A stretch of 64,000 nucleotides of DNA from an uncultured Parachlamydiaceae bacterium. Lineage in GTDB: Bacteria; Chlamydiota; Chlamydiia; Chlamydiales; Parachlamydiaceae. Of the stretch, positions 51,152 through 60,810 are shown one piece after another (the first letter of the stretch is position 1; each line of letters opens with the position of its first letter). The notes beneath the pieces are model-generated. The model was given only the letters and a program-made list of their open reading frames with translations, made no database searches and had not been told where the DNA came from. Both the position numbers and the translations under genes were made by a program. Location of the stretch: positions 1,272,766 through 1,336,765 of the forward strand of contig CAVULX010000004.1 in assembly GCA_963742415.1 (NCBI GenBank). The letters are read 5' to 3'.

Positions 51152-51454
51152 TCTTTTTATTTTTTATTTAACTTTCAAATATTTAAGAACATTCTGTTGA
51201 ATATATTATATATCCGCGCGAGCGGAGTGGGGGGAAGGGATCAAACTAGGATGAAGGAAAAAATCTTGAAGCATCAAGACCATGAAAGTGATGTAAAGGT
51301 TAAAGTTAAATTTCATAACCGAAGCTTACCATAACATTCACTTTATCCACTACCATAAAATTTACAAAACACAATCCTTTTTTTGAAAACAGGCTTGTAT
51401 AAAAATAGAGGATCGCGTTATCCCTTTGTCGAATTAAAATTTGGAGTATTAAGA

Positions 51455-53011
51455 ATGTCTACTGAAGCCATTAAAATGGTTCCAACTTCAAGTTATTGGA
51501 GATGTTTCCCCACCTTCAATCCCTCAAACTGGTATGGGTTTTGCGTAAAAAAACTCTTTCCAAAATACTACAATTACAACCTTTTCCAAAAGGCTGTCTA
51601 TTGGACCCACCTTTTGAAATCAACAGACCGGATGGGTCTCGAGGAAGCAAGCACGAATCCCACCCTTAAAGAGGCCAGAAAATTCGGGCGAATCATTCCT
51701 AAAGAATATGAAACGGATTCTGTAATGGAAGCCTTCTTAAAAGAAATGGTCGCGGCAAAACTTGGCATTAGCTCAAATGTTTTTGAGCAAAACGGGGGGT
51801 TTTATGAATATGCCAGGAAGAATTATTTAGAAAATTATCTAAAACATTTCAATCATACTTTGAAGGTTGAAAATGGAGAAGTCATCATCCTATGCGATGG
51901 CAAAGAGATGGTGTGGTCTGAAGCAAAAAAAATTCTGTCAGAGAAAAAAGACAAGCAAACTGATCTGCCGGAGGATAAAAGACCGAGTTGGCCATGGTTA
52001 TATGGAGAAAGGGGGGTCCAGAACCGCGACTTTTATTCCACGGAAGCGGCAGAACCTTATCTCCATCAAGACCCAAGCGAATGGGGAAACCAACACATCT
52101 TTGTATTATGCGCTTGCTGCGAAGGTTATGCTCAATTTATTGGCAACCACAGCTTTTTTAGGATTCATACAGCAAAAGGGGAGATTTATAGTGAAGGGCT
52201 TTACCGTCCAGGCAAACCAAATCCCTTTTCTGATTCAATCGATGCCCCTTTTCGGATCAAACCAGGGCAAATCCAAGAACCCGATGTGACCGAATTTTGG
52301 CCCTGTAAGATCCATACCCTCGCTTTTAAAATTAACGACGAACAACTTAATAAAATCTTAGAAAGCGTTAATCACGACCGGACAATGGATGTTGAGGAGT
52401 TTCAAATTTTTAACCGTAATTGCACTGTTTGGGCTCTTAAACATGCTGCTCTTGGAGGGTTTGAGCATGCCGAATCGGCTTCTGTCATCGAGGTCTTGCT
52501 TGCCACTCGGATCGGCCGGATCGTTTTTCCCATTTTTCTGCAGAAGGGGATCCGGTTCGCCGCCAAACCGTTGCCAAATATTGTCAAAAAAATCTGCCTT
52601 TATCCCTTGACCGTCGCCGCAAACATTTTCCTTCTTCTCTTGGGAGCCGGGCGTGTTGATAAAACGTTGAGGTGCAAAATCGAAAAAAAAATGCAAGAAG
52701 ATATCGGAAGTTCCACTAGTCAGAATGAGAGGACATTTGAAGCCCGATTAAAACCGCATATAAGCAGCTGGAAAGACGTTTTCAGGGTTTCGACAGCTGA
52801 AATGTATCATCCTTATACGCTTATCTTTACCACTTTCGAAAAAATCAAAAAATGGAGGGAAAGTGAGATTCAAAAGCTGGAGCAAGAAAAAGCTTGGCTT
52901 TTGCCAGACAAAGAAACCGAGGAAACACAAAAACGGTTGACTGAAATCGAACAGCAAATACAATTTGAAATTCCCTATGCGCTGCCTCCAAAGTCCCTAA
53001 TTATAAAGTAA
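51455..53011 (+). CDS. Hypothetical protein with a possible permuted papain-like His...Asn-Cys site
   Basis: GGAG precedes ATG 51455; GNHSFFRI followed later by FQIFNRNCTVW. Confidence 0.7.
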   Translation: MSTEAIKMVPTSSYWRCFPTFNPSNWYGFCVKKLFPKYYNYNLFQKAVYWTHLLKSTDRMGLEEASTNPTLKEARKFGRIIPKEYETDSVMEAFLKEMVAAKLGISSNVFEQNGGFYEYARKNYLENYLKHFNHTLKVENGEVIILCDGKEMVWSEAKKILSEKKDKQTDLPEDKRPSWPWLYGERGVQNRDFYSTEAAEPYLHQDPSEWGNQHIFVLCACCEGYAQFIGNHSFFRIHTAKGEIYSEGLYRPGKPNPFSDSIDAPFRIKPGQIQEPDVTEFWPCKIHTLAFKINDEQLNKILESVNHDRTMDVEEFQIFNRNCTVWALKHAALGGFEHAESASVIEVLLATRIGRIVFPIFLQKGIRFAAKPLPNIVKKICLYPLTVAANIFLLLLGAGRVDKTLRCKIEKKMQEDIGSSTSQNERTFEARLKPHISSWKDVFRVSTAEMYHPYTLIFTTFEKIKKWRESEIQKLEQEKAWLLPDKETEETQKRLTEIEQQIQFEIPYALPPKSLIIK

Positions 53012-53015
53012 AAAA

Positions 53016-53891
53016 ATGAACAAAAATCTCTATATTCTCTCTCTGACTTTTATATTATTATCTTGCGGGATATTAGAGACCTCAACCCTCCATTCCCAAG
53101 AGTGTTGCGGTGAAGAGGGGGGATGTTGGACATGGACACCTTACTGCATCCCCGATTGGTGTGATGTGGCCTATTTTGCCCCTAAGGTATGCTATGAAAC
53201 CTTAAGGGTGAAACAAAACATGCCGACAATTGCCGATTTCTTAGGGATTGAACAAGGCAAAAAGCTAAATGGAACTTTATGGGGTTTGGATGGAGGATAC
53301 ATCTACAAGCATCCTTGTGGGCTTTATGGGCAAATCGAGGGAACATATATGCAAGGAAAACTTCATGGTTCCCATACAGAAGGTCTTTTTGTTTATGATT
53401 TCGATGTTGAGGGGACTGTGGGTTACCCTATATATAGTTACAACTTTACCTTCACCCCTTTCATAGGGATAGGATATGAATTCGACCGACAACGTTTCGA
53501 TGAAGAAGATGAGGACGAGGAAACGGTAGAGATGAGGTATCACATTATTTATGTTCCATTTGGACTCAATATACACTACGCAGTAACCCCCTGCTTTGCT
53601 TTTGGGGTTCGCTTTAAAGCGACTGCCCAAGCCGATTCTACATTAAGGGTTACCAAATTTAACCATAGCCGCCTGGAACTCACTAAAACAACGGGGTATT
53701 TGGTCGAAATCCCCTTTGTTTGGCATATCCCGTGTTATAACTTCAATTGGAAAGTTATTTTGATCCCTTATTGGAAATATAACGTTTACGGACAATCCCA
53801 TGCATTCGATGAAAGCGGAGTCAATATCTTCTCTCCGAAACAAACCTACATAGATACAGGCGCAAAAATCGAAGTAGGTACACTCTTCTAG
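53016..53891 (+). CDS. Outer-membrane beta-barrel protein with Cys-rich N-terminus
   Basis: Signal peptide, amphipathic aromatic-rich strands, C-terminal Phe. Confidence 0.75.
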   Translation: MNKNLYILSLTFILLSCGILETSTLHSQECCGEEGGCWTWTPYCIPDWCDVAYFAPKVCYETLRVKQNMPTIADFLGIEQGKKLNGTLWGLDGGYIYKHPCGLYGQIEGTYMQGKLHGSHTEGLFVYDFDVEGTVGYPIYSYNFTFTPFIGIGYEFDRQRFDEEDEDEETVEMRYHIIYVPFGLNIHYAVTPCFAFGVRFKATAQADSTLRVTKFNHSRLELTKTTGYLVEIPFVWHIPCYNFNWKVILIPYWKYNVYGQSHAFDESGVNIFSPKQTYIDTGAKIEVGTLF

Positions 53892-53905
53892 TACCTTATT
53901 TTTCT

Positions 53906-53974
53906 AACCTGAACTTTGGATTTTTTTGCCCTTTGGGCAGCGTCAAAGGGCAAAAAAAACCCAAAATTCAGGTT
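53906..53974. repeat. Long hairpin (AACCTGAAC-type IR), mini-element or terminator
   Basis: AACCTGAACTTTGGATTTTTTTGCCCTTTG-N8-CAAAGGGCAAAAAAAACCCAAAATTCAGGTT. Confidence 0.7.
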
Positions 53975-54144
53975 TATATTTAAAAATGAATTCAAAAGTT
54001 GCATAATGGGTCATGAGATTTAGAGGATATCTCTAAAAAAAATTTAATAAAATTTATTTTAACAAATAATTTCTTATTATTGTCTTAATAATAATTTAAC
54101 AATCTGAATCTAAACTTACCAATTAAATAAATGGAGAGATTAAG

Positions 54145-55590
54145 ATGAAGAGAATTATAACAACCCTTTTTTGCTTTGCAATTCTTCCTTTTTATATCCA
54201 TGGAAATGCCATCTCTGAAATCGATCAGGCTCCCTTGGAAAAAATCTTTTTTAACATCTTTGAAGCCGGGATTTATGACAGTTACTTGGAACAAGTTCAA
54301 AAATTTGTGGCAAACCGTTTAGAGAAAAGCCCCCTCATTAAAGCATCATTAAACTCTTCAGAGCAGTTATCCGGCTTTGAAAATGAAGGAATTATGTGGA
54401 TCCAAGATGCTCTTAATCCCTCTTTTTCAGATCCTTATACTAAAGGCCTTTTCCATGAATATTGGATATTACGCCTCCGCAGCCTAATCGATCAAAAAGA
54501 TAACACCGTTAATGTAAACACTCCCCTAGCACAAGAGATCGCCGCTTTCATCGACGATTTTACTATCTGGATGCATACAGATGCCGATCTCAATACTCCT
54601 ATTGAAGAATTTATGTACTCCATGGCTGGATTCAACCCCGCTGACTTAGAAGCGATTTATACTTCATACCCTTCAAACTTTTTAACGATTATCCACGAAA
54701 AATTTACAACTGATTCCCGTTTTCGGAAAAAAGACTTTGAACAATTCTTCTTGAACAATCCCATAATATACGGGGATATGCCCTCCTATCTTTTTAAATT
54801 GCACAATCCTAAACGAACTAAAGTCATTCGGACTCCCAATGTAGCCAGAGACATCCACCTCGACCAAAACACAGGCAAGCCGATCAAAGCGCATTTAAAT
54901 GAAGAATTCAGAAATTATATTCTGGCCCGCCCAGAAAAAGTGCATCTCTATATCAACGTCATGGGCAGAGAAGCGGGGAAATACAGCAAGACCGCCGAGA
55001 TTGAAAAAATGGACCAGGATCCAAAAATGGGATCTTCAATCATCGTGATTACGATGGATAAAAGCAAGCAAACCTCTTTTTATTATCAAAAAGGAGCTTA
55101 TACAAACCGTTCTTCGGCCAAGGAATTTAAGGAGTCCTTTCTGCAAAATATGTTCAAAGAAAATGGGGACTATTACTGGTCTACAAAATTGAACCTGCCC
55201 GAATGGCAAGACCAGGTAAAACAAATTGTAGATAACGTTCATGCCGAACTTTTTGATAATCAAAAAAAACTTTCTTTGCACGACCGTTTGAATTTCATCG
55301 ACATCACTTACATCAAAATCATCGAAGCCCTCGTCAATCAATTCGAACCCGATGTGATGAATATTGCATGTAAAAATACTGTCGACAGAGGCCCTTCCAC
55401 CTATGCTTTGCTATATGTGTACGATCGCCTGCAGGCGGGGAAAGCGACAACAAAGATCCATAGAAAAATTTATGTCAAACTTTTCTCCCCTCCTATCGCC
55501 ATGCACAATAGGGCAGCCCATGACTTTCGGATTACCCGCTTTCAATCAACGTATAACCATTTATTGAAAACTTATGGTTTCTTCCCTTAA
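54145..55590 (+). CDS. Exported protein with a CX5R phosphatase motif
   Basis: Signal peptide; NIACKNTVDRG with the CX5R core at 55369-55389. Confidence 0.7.
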   Translation: MKRIITTLFCFAILPFYIHGNAISEIDQAPLEKIFFNIFEAGIYDSYLEQVQKFVANRLEKSPLIKASLNSSEQLSGFENEGIMWIQDALNPSFSDPYTKGLFHEYWILRLRSLIDQKDNTVNVNTPLAQEIAAFIDDFTIWMHTDADLNTPIEEFMYSMAGFNPADLEAIYTSYPSNFLTIIHEKFTTDSRFRKKDFEQFFLNNPIIYGDMPSYLFKLHNPKRTKVIRTPNVARDIHLDQNTGKPIKAHLNEEFRNYILARPEKVHLYINVMGREAGKYSKTAEIEKMDQDPKMGSSIIVITMDKSKQTSFYYQKGAYTNRSSAKEFKESFLQNMFKENGDYYWSTKLNLPEWQDQVKQIVDNVHAELFDNQKKLSLHDRLNFIDITYIKIIEALVNQFEPDVMNIACKNTVDRGPSTYALLYVYDRLQAGKATTKIHRKIYVKLFSPPIAMHNRAAHDFRITRFQSTYNHLLKTYGFFP

Positions 55591-55591
55591 A

Positions 55592-56863
55592 TTAAATAGA
55601 ATCGGTACTGGGAACGGTCTTGACAGAACGGCTATAATGCATATGCCGTTCTGTGGCTATAAGGCATAAAAAAGCCCCAAATAGCAATGTCGCTGTGGAG
55701 CCGGTATACGTATATAGCAAGCTCCCCAAAAAAGGGGCGATGCATCCCCGAAGCCCTACTGTTAAAACATTTGTTTGACTATAAACAGAACTGTCTTTTT
55801 CTTCCGAAAAAAGGGGCCCTGACATGTGCCAACTTAGCTCGCTTCCAGCTTGCATGACCCCGTAGATCATGTAGGCAACATAAACCAATACCACATTGTA
55901 CTGCGCCCCGATCAGAAAGAAAGGAAACAGAAAACAGAGAAGGGTCACCCACCCAGTAAAGGAGTAGATATCTATCCTTCTAAACAACTTAACCCAAAGG
56001 GGTGAAGACGCCACAAATCCAACTCCCATGGAAAGGGAAATAGCCATTGCCATTTCAGTATAGGTAAGATGCAATACATCGACAAAAAACATCGGCAAGG
56101 TCGCATGCATAAACATCAGTCCTCCTCCGGCAAATAGAAATCCTATTTGATATTTGCCAAATTCGGGATGCTGCCGAAGCAAATGCCACGACTGAACCCA
56201 CGGTTTCCAAATCTTATGCATTCCGGTGCGAAAGAACGAGGTGGATGAATTTCCTTCCATCGGCGGCTCTGAAATTTTGATCGGAGGAATATAAAAAAGG
56301 AAAAAAGTTGAACAAAGCCCCACCAAAGCTGTCGTAAAAAATATCCAGCGCCATTCAATGTGATAATCATCAAGAAAATAGCCGATGGCAAGGGGGAGCA
56401 ATGCAGGCCCCAAATAATCGAGTGAAGATCCATAGGCCAACACCTTTTCCTTGTCCCCACGCTTGATGTTGCGTTTAAAAATCTCCATCCAAGCGGGTTT
56501 CACACCCCGATTCATCATCATGTAAATCCCAAAAGCAAAAATCATCAGCCACGCTGAATCGATCCAGGGAAAAAATAAAAAAGGGAGATAACGGATAATA
56601 TTAGCCCAAATCAAATTAGGCACTAACCGATCCTGCCTCTGATGCAATGATGTGCTCCAATAAGGAGCGCAAAGGGCTGATAGGGGCTTGATAGCAATAA
56701 AAATGGCGATTTGCAACGGGGTGATTTGAAGCTCCTTATACAAAATCAGGGTCAGCATCTTCAATATCGCCCAAAAAGGAATATTAAATACGCGTGTCCA
56801 AAGAAAAGCTGAACGTGTTTTTTGAAAAATATATTCCGTGGTATGATCCATTATCTCATCCAA
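55592..56863 (-). CDS. MFS transporter
   Basis: About 12 hydrophobic segments in a 6+6 arrangement. Confidence 0.85.
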   Translation of the reverse strand: MDEIMDHTTEYIFQKTRSAFLWTRVFNIPFWAILKMLTLILYKELQITPLQIAIFIAIKPLSALCAPYWSTSLHQRQDRLVPNLIWANIIRYLPFLFFPWIDSAWLMIFAFGIYMMMNRGVKPAWMEIFKRNIKRGDKEKVLAYGSSLDYLGPALLPLAIGYFLDDYHIEWRWIFFTTALVGLCSTFFLFYIPPIKISEPPMEGNSSTSFFRTGMHKIWKPWVQSWHLLRQHPEFGKYQIGFLFAGGGLMFMHATLPMFFVDVLHLTYTEMAMAISLSMGVGFVASSPLWVKLFRRIDIYSFTGWVTLLCFLFPFFLIGAQYNVVLVYVAYMIYGVMQAGSELSWHMSGPLFSEEKDSSVYSQTNVLTVGLRGCIAPFLGSLLYTYTGSTATLLFGAFLCLIATERHMHYSRSVKTVPSTDSI

Positions 56864-56916
56864 CGATATGCATGATCATGACTTTTCATCCCGATTATTT
56901 GCACCCCCGGCAAATG

Positions 56917-58473
56917 TTATTTCCTCAAGCTTTTGTGATTGGGCAAAGACTCTAATGTGGAAGTGATGAAATTGCCCGCTTCATTTTTAAATTGTTTAAG
57001 ATTTTTTTCTTGAAGGTACACCATATGTCCCCCTTGGTAATATCCCATCGTAATGTGATCTCGCAATGAGGGATCCAACCCTAAATGGTGGATGGAGTAA
57101 TCGGTGGCAAAATAAGGGGTTGCAAGGTCGAAATAACCATTGGCGATATAGACCCGTAAACTTGGATTCTTAGTCATGACATCCCGCAAATTTGCTGTAA
57201 CATTCAAGTATTTATTTGTCCTTCCATATTTCCAATTCCAAGGGAACACGTTGGCCAAGATCTTGTATTCATCATCCTTTTCCCATTTTAAATCGGTTCT
57301 CACATAGTGATTAAAAACGGCCGTAAAAGCTCCAAAAACATTGTCCAAGCTTTGATCATTCTCTGGGGTTTCCCCGCACGCATCCTCATCTATCCCTTTT
57401 GCACGGCTATCATAACGTCCTAGTGTCCGTTTTTGATCCCGGAGCAACTCTTTCGTAAAGCGGGATTCGCAAACGCGCAGGTTTGCGTTATTGATATAGG
57501 ATTCAGAAAGCCCTGTGTAATGGGATATCTTTTTTGCTATCTCCCCCTTTTTTTCGGGGGGCAACAGGTCCCCTAATAATAAAGCCGGCGCATATTCGTG
57601 AAGAGCAAACTCTTCGGCTTGGGTCAAACTCTTCTCGAGATCCCTTTGCAATTCAGCATCAAGCTTTTTATGATACCAGGCAGCGGCCGTATAGGAAGGT
57701 AGAATGGCAACGTAAGGGAGATCATTGCCGGGGTCATCATCGAGGGTTTGGTAATTGAGAGCAGCAGAGACGAGAATAATACCATTGAGATAAAGTGAAT
57801 AGGTATCATGAAGATAACCGGCGAGTCCTGAAGCTCGAGTCGTGCCGTAACTTTCCCCTATAATAAATTTTGGGGAATCCCAACGATTATAACGGGTCGT
57901 ATAAAGACGTATAAACTGACCAACAGATTTAATATCTTCTTCAACTCCGTGGAATTGTTTGGCATCATCGACGGGAAAGGCCTGGCTATATCCAGTAGAA
58001 ACTGGATCAATAAAGACAAGGTCTGTCACATCCAGAAAACAATATTCATTGTTAACGATCTTGTAGGGTGGGGGGCTAAACCCATCTTGCAAAACCACAC
58101 GCTTAGGGCCTAAAGCCCCCATATGCAGCCAAACAGAGGAGGAACCAGGCCCCCCATTAAAACAAAAGCTAATCGGTCTTTGAGAGGTCGATGCAGCCCC
58201 TTCTCTTGTGTAAGAAACATAGAAAAATGAAGCTTTTTTATTCCCCTTTTCATCCCTGATGAAAAGGGTTCCCGACCTTGCCGTATACTTGATTTCAACC
58301 CCATTGAGAATGATAGAATGGGAAGTTTCTGAAACTTCTTCTCGAGATTCGTCTTTAATGCCCTGTGTTTGTTGGGCATTGACAGTTGGAATTGATGGGA
58401 TTTCTTCGGCAAAGAGAGTGTGGGCTCCAACAAGAAGCCCAACAAACCCAAACAACATTTTTTGTATCATCAT
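56917..58473 (-). CDS. Serine carboxypeptidase, family S10
   Basis: FNGGPGSSS, DPVSTGYS, GESYG, GYFDLATP, GGHM. Confidence 0.95.
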   Translation of the reverse strand: MMIQKMLFGFVGLLVGAHTLFAEEIPSIPTVNAQQTQGIKDESREEVSETSHSIILNGVEIKYTARSGTLFIRDEKGNKKASFFYVSYTREGAASTSQRPISFCFNGGPGSSSVWLHMGALGPKRVVLQDGFSPPPYKIVNNEYCFLDVTDLVFIDPVSTGYSQAFPVDDAKQFHGVEEDIKSVGQFIRLYTTRYNRWDSPKFIIGESYGTTRASGLAGYLHDTYSLYLNGIILVSAALNYQTLDDDPGNDLPYVAILPSYTAAAWYHKKLDAELQRDLEKSLTQAEEFALHEYAPALLLGDLLPPEKKGEIAKKISHYTGLSESYINNANLRVCESRFTKELLRDQKRTLGRYDSRAKGIDEDACGETPENDQSLDNVFGAFTAVFNHYVRTDLKWEKDDEYKILANVFPWNWKYGRTNKYLNVTANLRDVMTKNPSLRVYIANGYFDLATPYFATDYSIHHLGLDPSLRDHITMGYYQGGHMVYLQEKNLKQFKNEAGNFITSTLESLPNHKSLRK

Positions 58474-58578
58474 AACAGATCCATATGCCGAAAACTCAAA
58501 ACTCTAAGTTTTAAAATTTTTACGTCTGCATCCATTTTACCATTTATTACCAAATATTCCTATTTGTAAAAATGATTT

Positions 58579-60225
58579 TCATTTGGATCGGCACATGGGA
58601 AGATTGCTTGCATGAGACTGTTCGTTACTTGAATTAACTTCGGATAATGGCAGTCTAGGCCTCGATTTTAATTTATTCTTAGCACCCTCTCTCAATAAAT
58701 AGCTCTTGCGATTTTTGGAGAGTCGTACAAGCTTGTCTTTGCTTTTCTGATGAAATCTTTTTCTTAGGATTTTTTTTGTTTGATTTGATAAAAGTTCAAG
58801 TTCTTTACGTTTTTCTTTATTTGAATCGATCACGTTTTTTTCATCGGAAAGCAAGTAGTCAAGTTTTATCCCTTTTCGCCTATAATCATCTGCGTAGTCG
58901 ATAATTTTGTTTACAAAGACTTTGAACACCTTTGATCGAAATAATTCTTTTACCTTTTCCGCTTTTAATTGATGTGCTTTTGGATGGATATAAAAATAAA
59001 TAGAGCTTGATTTAATAATGCTGTGAACAATACTAGTCCAAAATATTTCTTCTTCTAAATTTACAATCTCTTCTTTCTTATAAAGAGTGTAAATCCCATG
59101 TTCCATATCAACAATCGAATCGAAAGCACACTCAAATGCAAAACGGGATTTGCTCTTTGCATGGGCTTCCTCTTCCATCCAATTTTTAAAAATGTGGGCA
59201 CATTCATAAAATTTGATCCGGGAAGCCGCAGGTATAGATCCAAAAATATATCCATGATACCCATCATGATATTCCACCTCATTCAGGCTCAAATCGCAAT
59301 CCCTCAAATCAGCTTTTGTCACCAAGGGTAAATGGGAAAAATTAAGGCAAAAATCCCTTTCATTAACTGGAATTTCTTCAGCCAAAGCAGGAGAAGGGGA
59401 AATTAAAAATCGGGATATAAGGGTAGGTGCTGACTCACCCCACTTTGCTATTAACAATGCCTGAATTATTCCTTTGGAAGGAACCATTCTCAAAGGAGAT
59501 CCCGTTTCAGAGTCTGAAATCCTTGAAAGAGCATTAAAGGCTTGAGTATTTATCATGACTGAAACGGTCGTTTGATGTGTCTCCTTCAGATTGATAGGAT
59601 TCGTTTCACGAAAAACGAGAAATTGCCGATCGATGGCAGGTAATTCTTTTGCCAAAGCGAAAAAAGTTTTCAACTGATCATCATTCAAAAGGGGTCTTTC
59701 ATCTTCATATCCATATTCATTTTCGATTTCATGAATTTCATGAGAAAATTGTGTTACCATAAAAGGTTTGCATGTCTCTTTAATCAACCTCCATGCTCGG
59801 TCATTAATGGCATCCCCATTAAATAATGGAATAATTTCAAATTCTGTCCAAGGCTTTGCCCAATTCAACGCATTCCCAAACATTTGACTTGTAGAAAAAG
59901 TCAGTCCATCTATCAGCCCCTCCTTTAATGCTAACAAAGCGCTTAAAGGAAAGTCATTGTCCTTAAAAACCGGAGCCGAAAGATCTCCTCGAAGGATAGC
60001 TTCCACAGCGGTTTCCACCTGATGGTCTGCTATCAGCCCTATCTTATCTTCAAGTTTAACCCGTTGCACTTCAGAAAGATTAGCTATAAGATCTCGATAT
60101 TTCTCTAATCTTCTTCCTTCAAAATAATATAAAGGGGGGTTAGTTTTGTTTTTTTCTATCAAACTCGGCTGATTATATTGTCCATTTAACAGAGAAAAAC
60201 TTTGGTAATAATAAGGAATTATCAT
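58579..60225 (-). CDS. Hypothetical protein, paralog of 60811-62358, with an HDGYH motif
   Basis: Collinear similarity with its neighbour; EVEYHDGYHGY and DMEH. Confidence 0.8.
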   Translation of the reverse strand: MIIPYYYQSFSLLNGQYNQPSLIEKNKTNPPLYYFEGRRLEKYRDLIANLSEVQRVKLEDKIGLIADHQVETAVEAILRGDLSAPVFKDNDFPLSALLALKEGLIDGLTFSTSQMFGNALNWAKPWTEFEIIPLFNGDAINDRAWRLIKETCKPFMVTQFSHEIHEIENEYGYEDERPLLNDDQLKTFFALAKELPAIDRQFLVFRETNPINLKETHQTTVSVMINTQAFNALSRISDSETGSPLRMVPSKGIIQALLIAKWGESAPTLISRFLISPSPALAEEIPVNERDFCLNFSHLPLVTKADLRDCDLSLNEVEYHDGYHGYIFGSIPAASRIKFYECAHIFKNWMEEEAHAKSKSRFAFECAFDSIVDMEHGIYTLYKKEEIVNLEEEIFWTSIVHSIIKSSSIYFYIHPKAHQLKAEKVKELFRSKVFKVFVNKIIDYADDYRRKGIKLDYLLSDEKNVIDSNKEKRKELELLSNQTKKILRKRFHQKSKDKLVRLSKNRKSYLLREGAKNKLKSRPRLPLSEVNSSNEQSHASNLPMCRSK

Positions 60226-60453
60226 AAATTAAAATTTTTATTAAATTTTTCATTAATTGTATCATATTAATATTTTTTTGTAAGCTAATTTATTTAATTT
60301 TGATTGTTTTGAAATAAACTTAATTATAATTTTAATTTATTATAAGGACTGGAAAATTTTATTGATTTTTGTGAACCACAGAATTTAGACAGCAAATAGA
60401 AAGTGGCAAAGGCTAAAAACAGCTCAAATTTGGCACTTTTTTAAAATATTAGA

Positions 60454-60740
60454 TCTTTCGCCGCTCCCGCGGCTCGCTATATGTTGTACAATTTCCCCAC
60501 GTTTCAGCCTGCGCTTCGCGCATGGCTTTCACGCGGGGCTCCCCACTTACCTCCCTTCCGGGAGGTTTTAAAAAGCTCTTTTCCCAATAGGTATGAGTAT
60601 TTTTGCAATTCTACGATAAGTGGCAAAACCTCCCGGAAGGGAGGTAAGTGGGGAGCCCCGCGTGAAAGCCATGCGCGAAGCGCAGGCTGAAACGTGGGGA
60701 AATTGTACAACATATAGCGAGCCGCGGGAGCGGCGAAAGA
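60454..60740. mobile_element. Perfect 116-bp inverted repeat with a 55-bp spacer (REPIN/MITE-like)
   Basis: 60454-60569 is the exact reverse complement of 60625-60740; GC-rich in an AT-rich intergenic region. Confidence 0.9.
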
Positions 60741-60810
60741 GATGTAATGTAAATAATTTTTTTTACAAAATATCCAAACTCAAGTAAGCCAAAGGTCTGA
60801 TGAGGGACTT

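Noticed and set aside
51152..51380. Glycine riboswitch upstream of the AGCS symporter
   Set aside because: The conserved GGAGA/CCGAAG/CTCTCAGG elements are not seen on the coding strand.
60481..60713. Two mirror-image 69-aa ORFs on opposite strands
   Set aside because: They are a by-product of the perfect inverted repeat, with no independent coding evidence.
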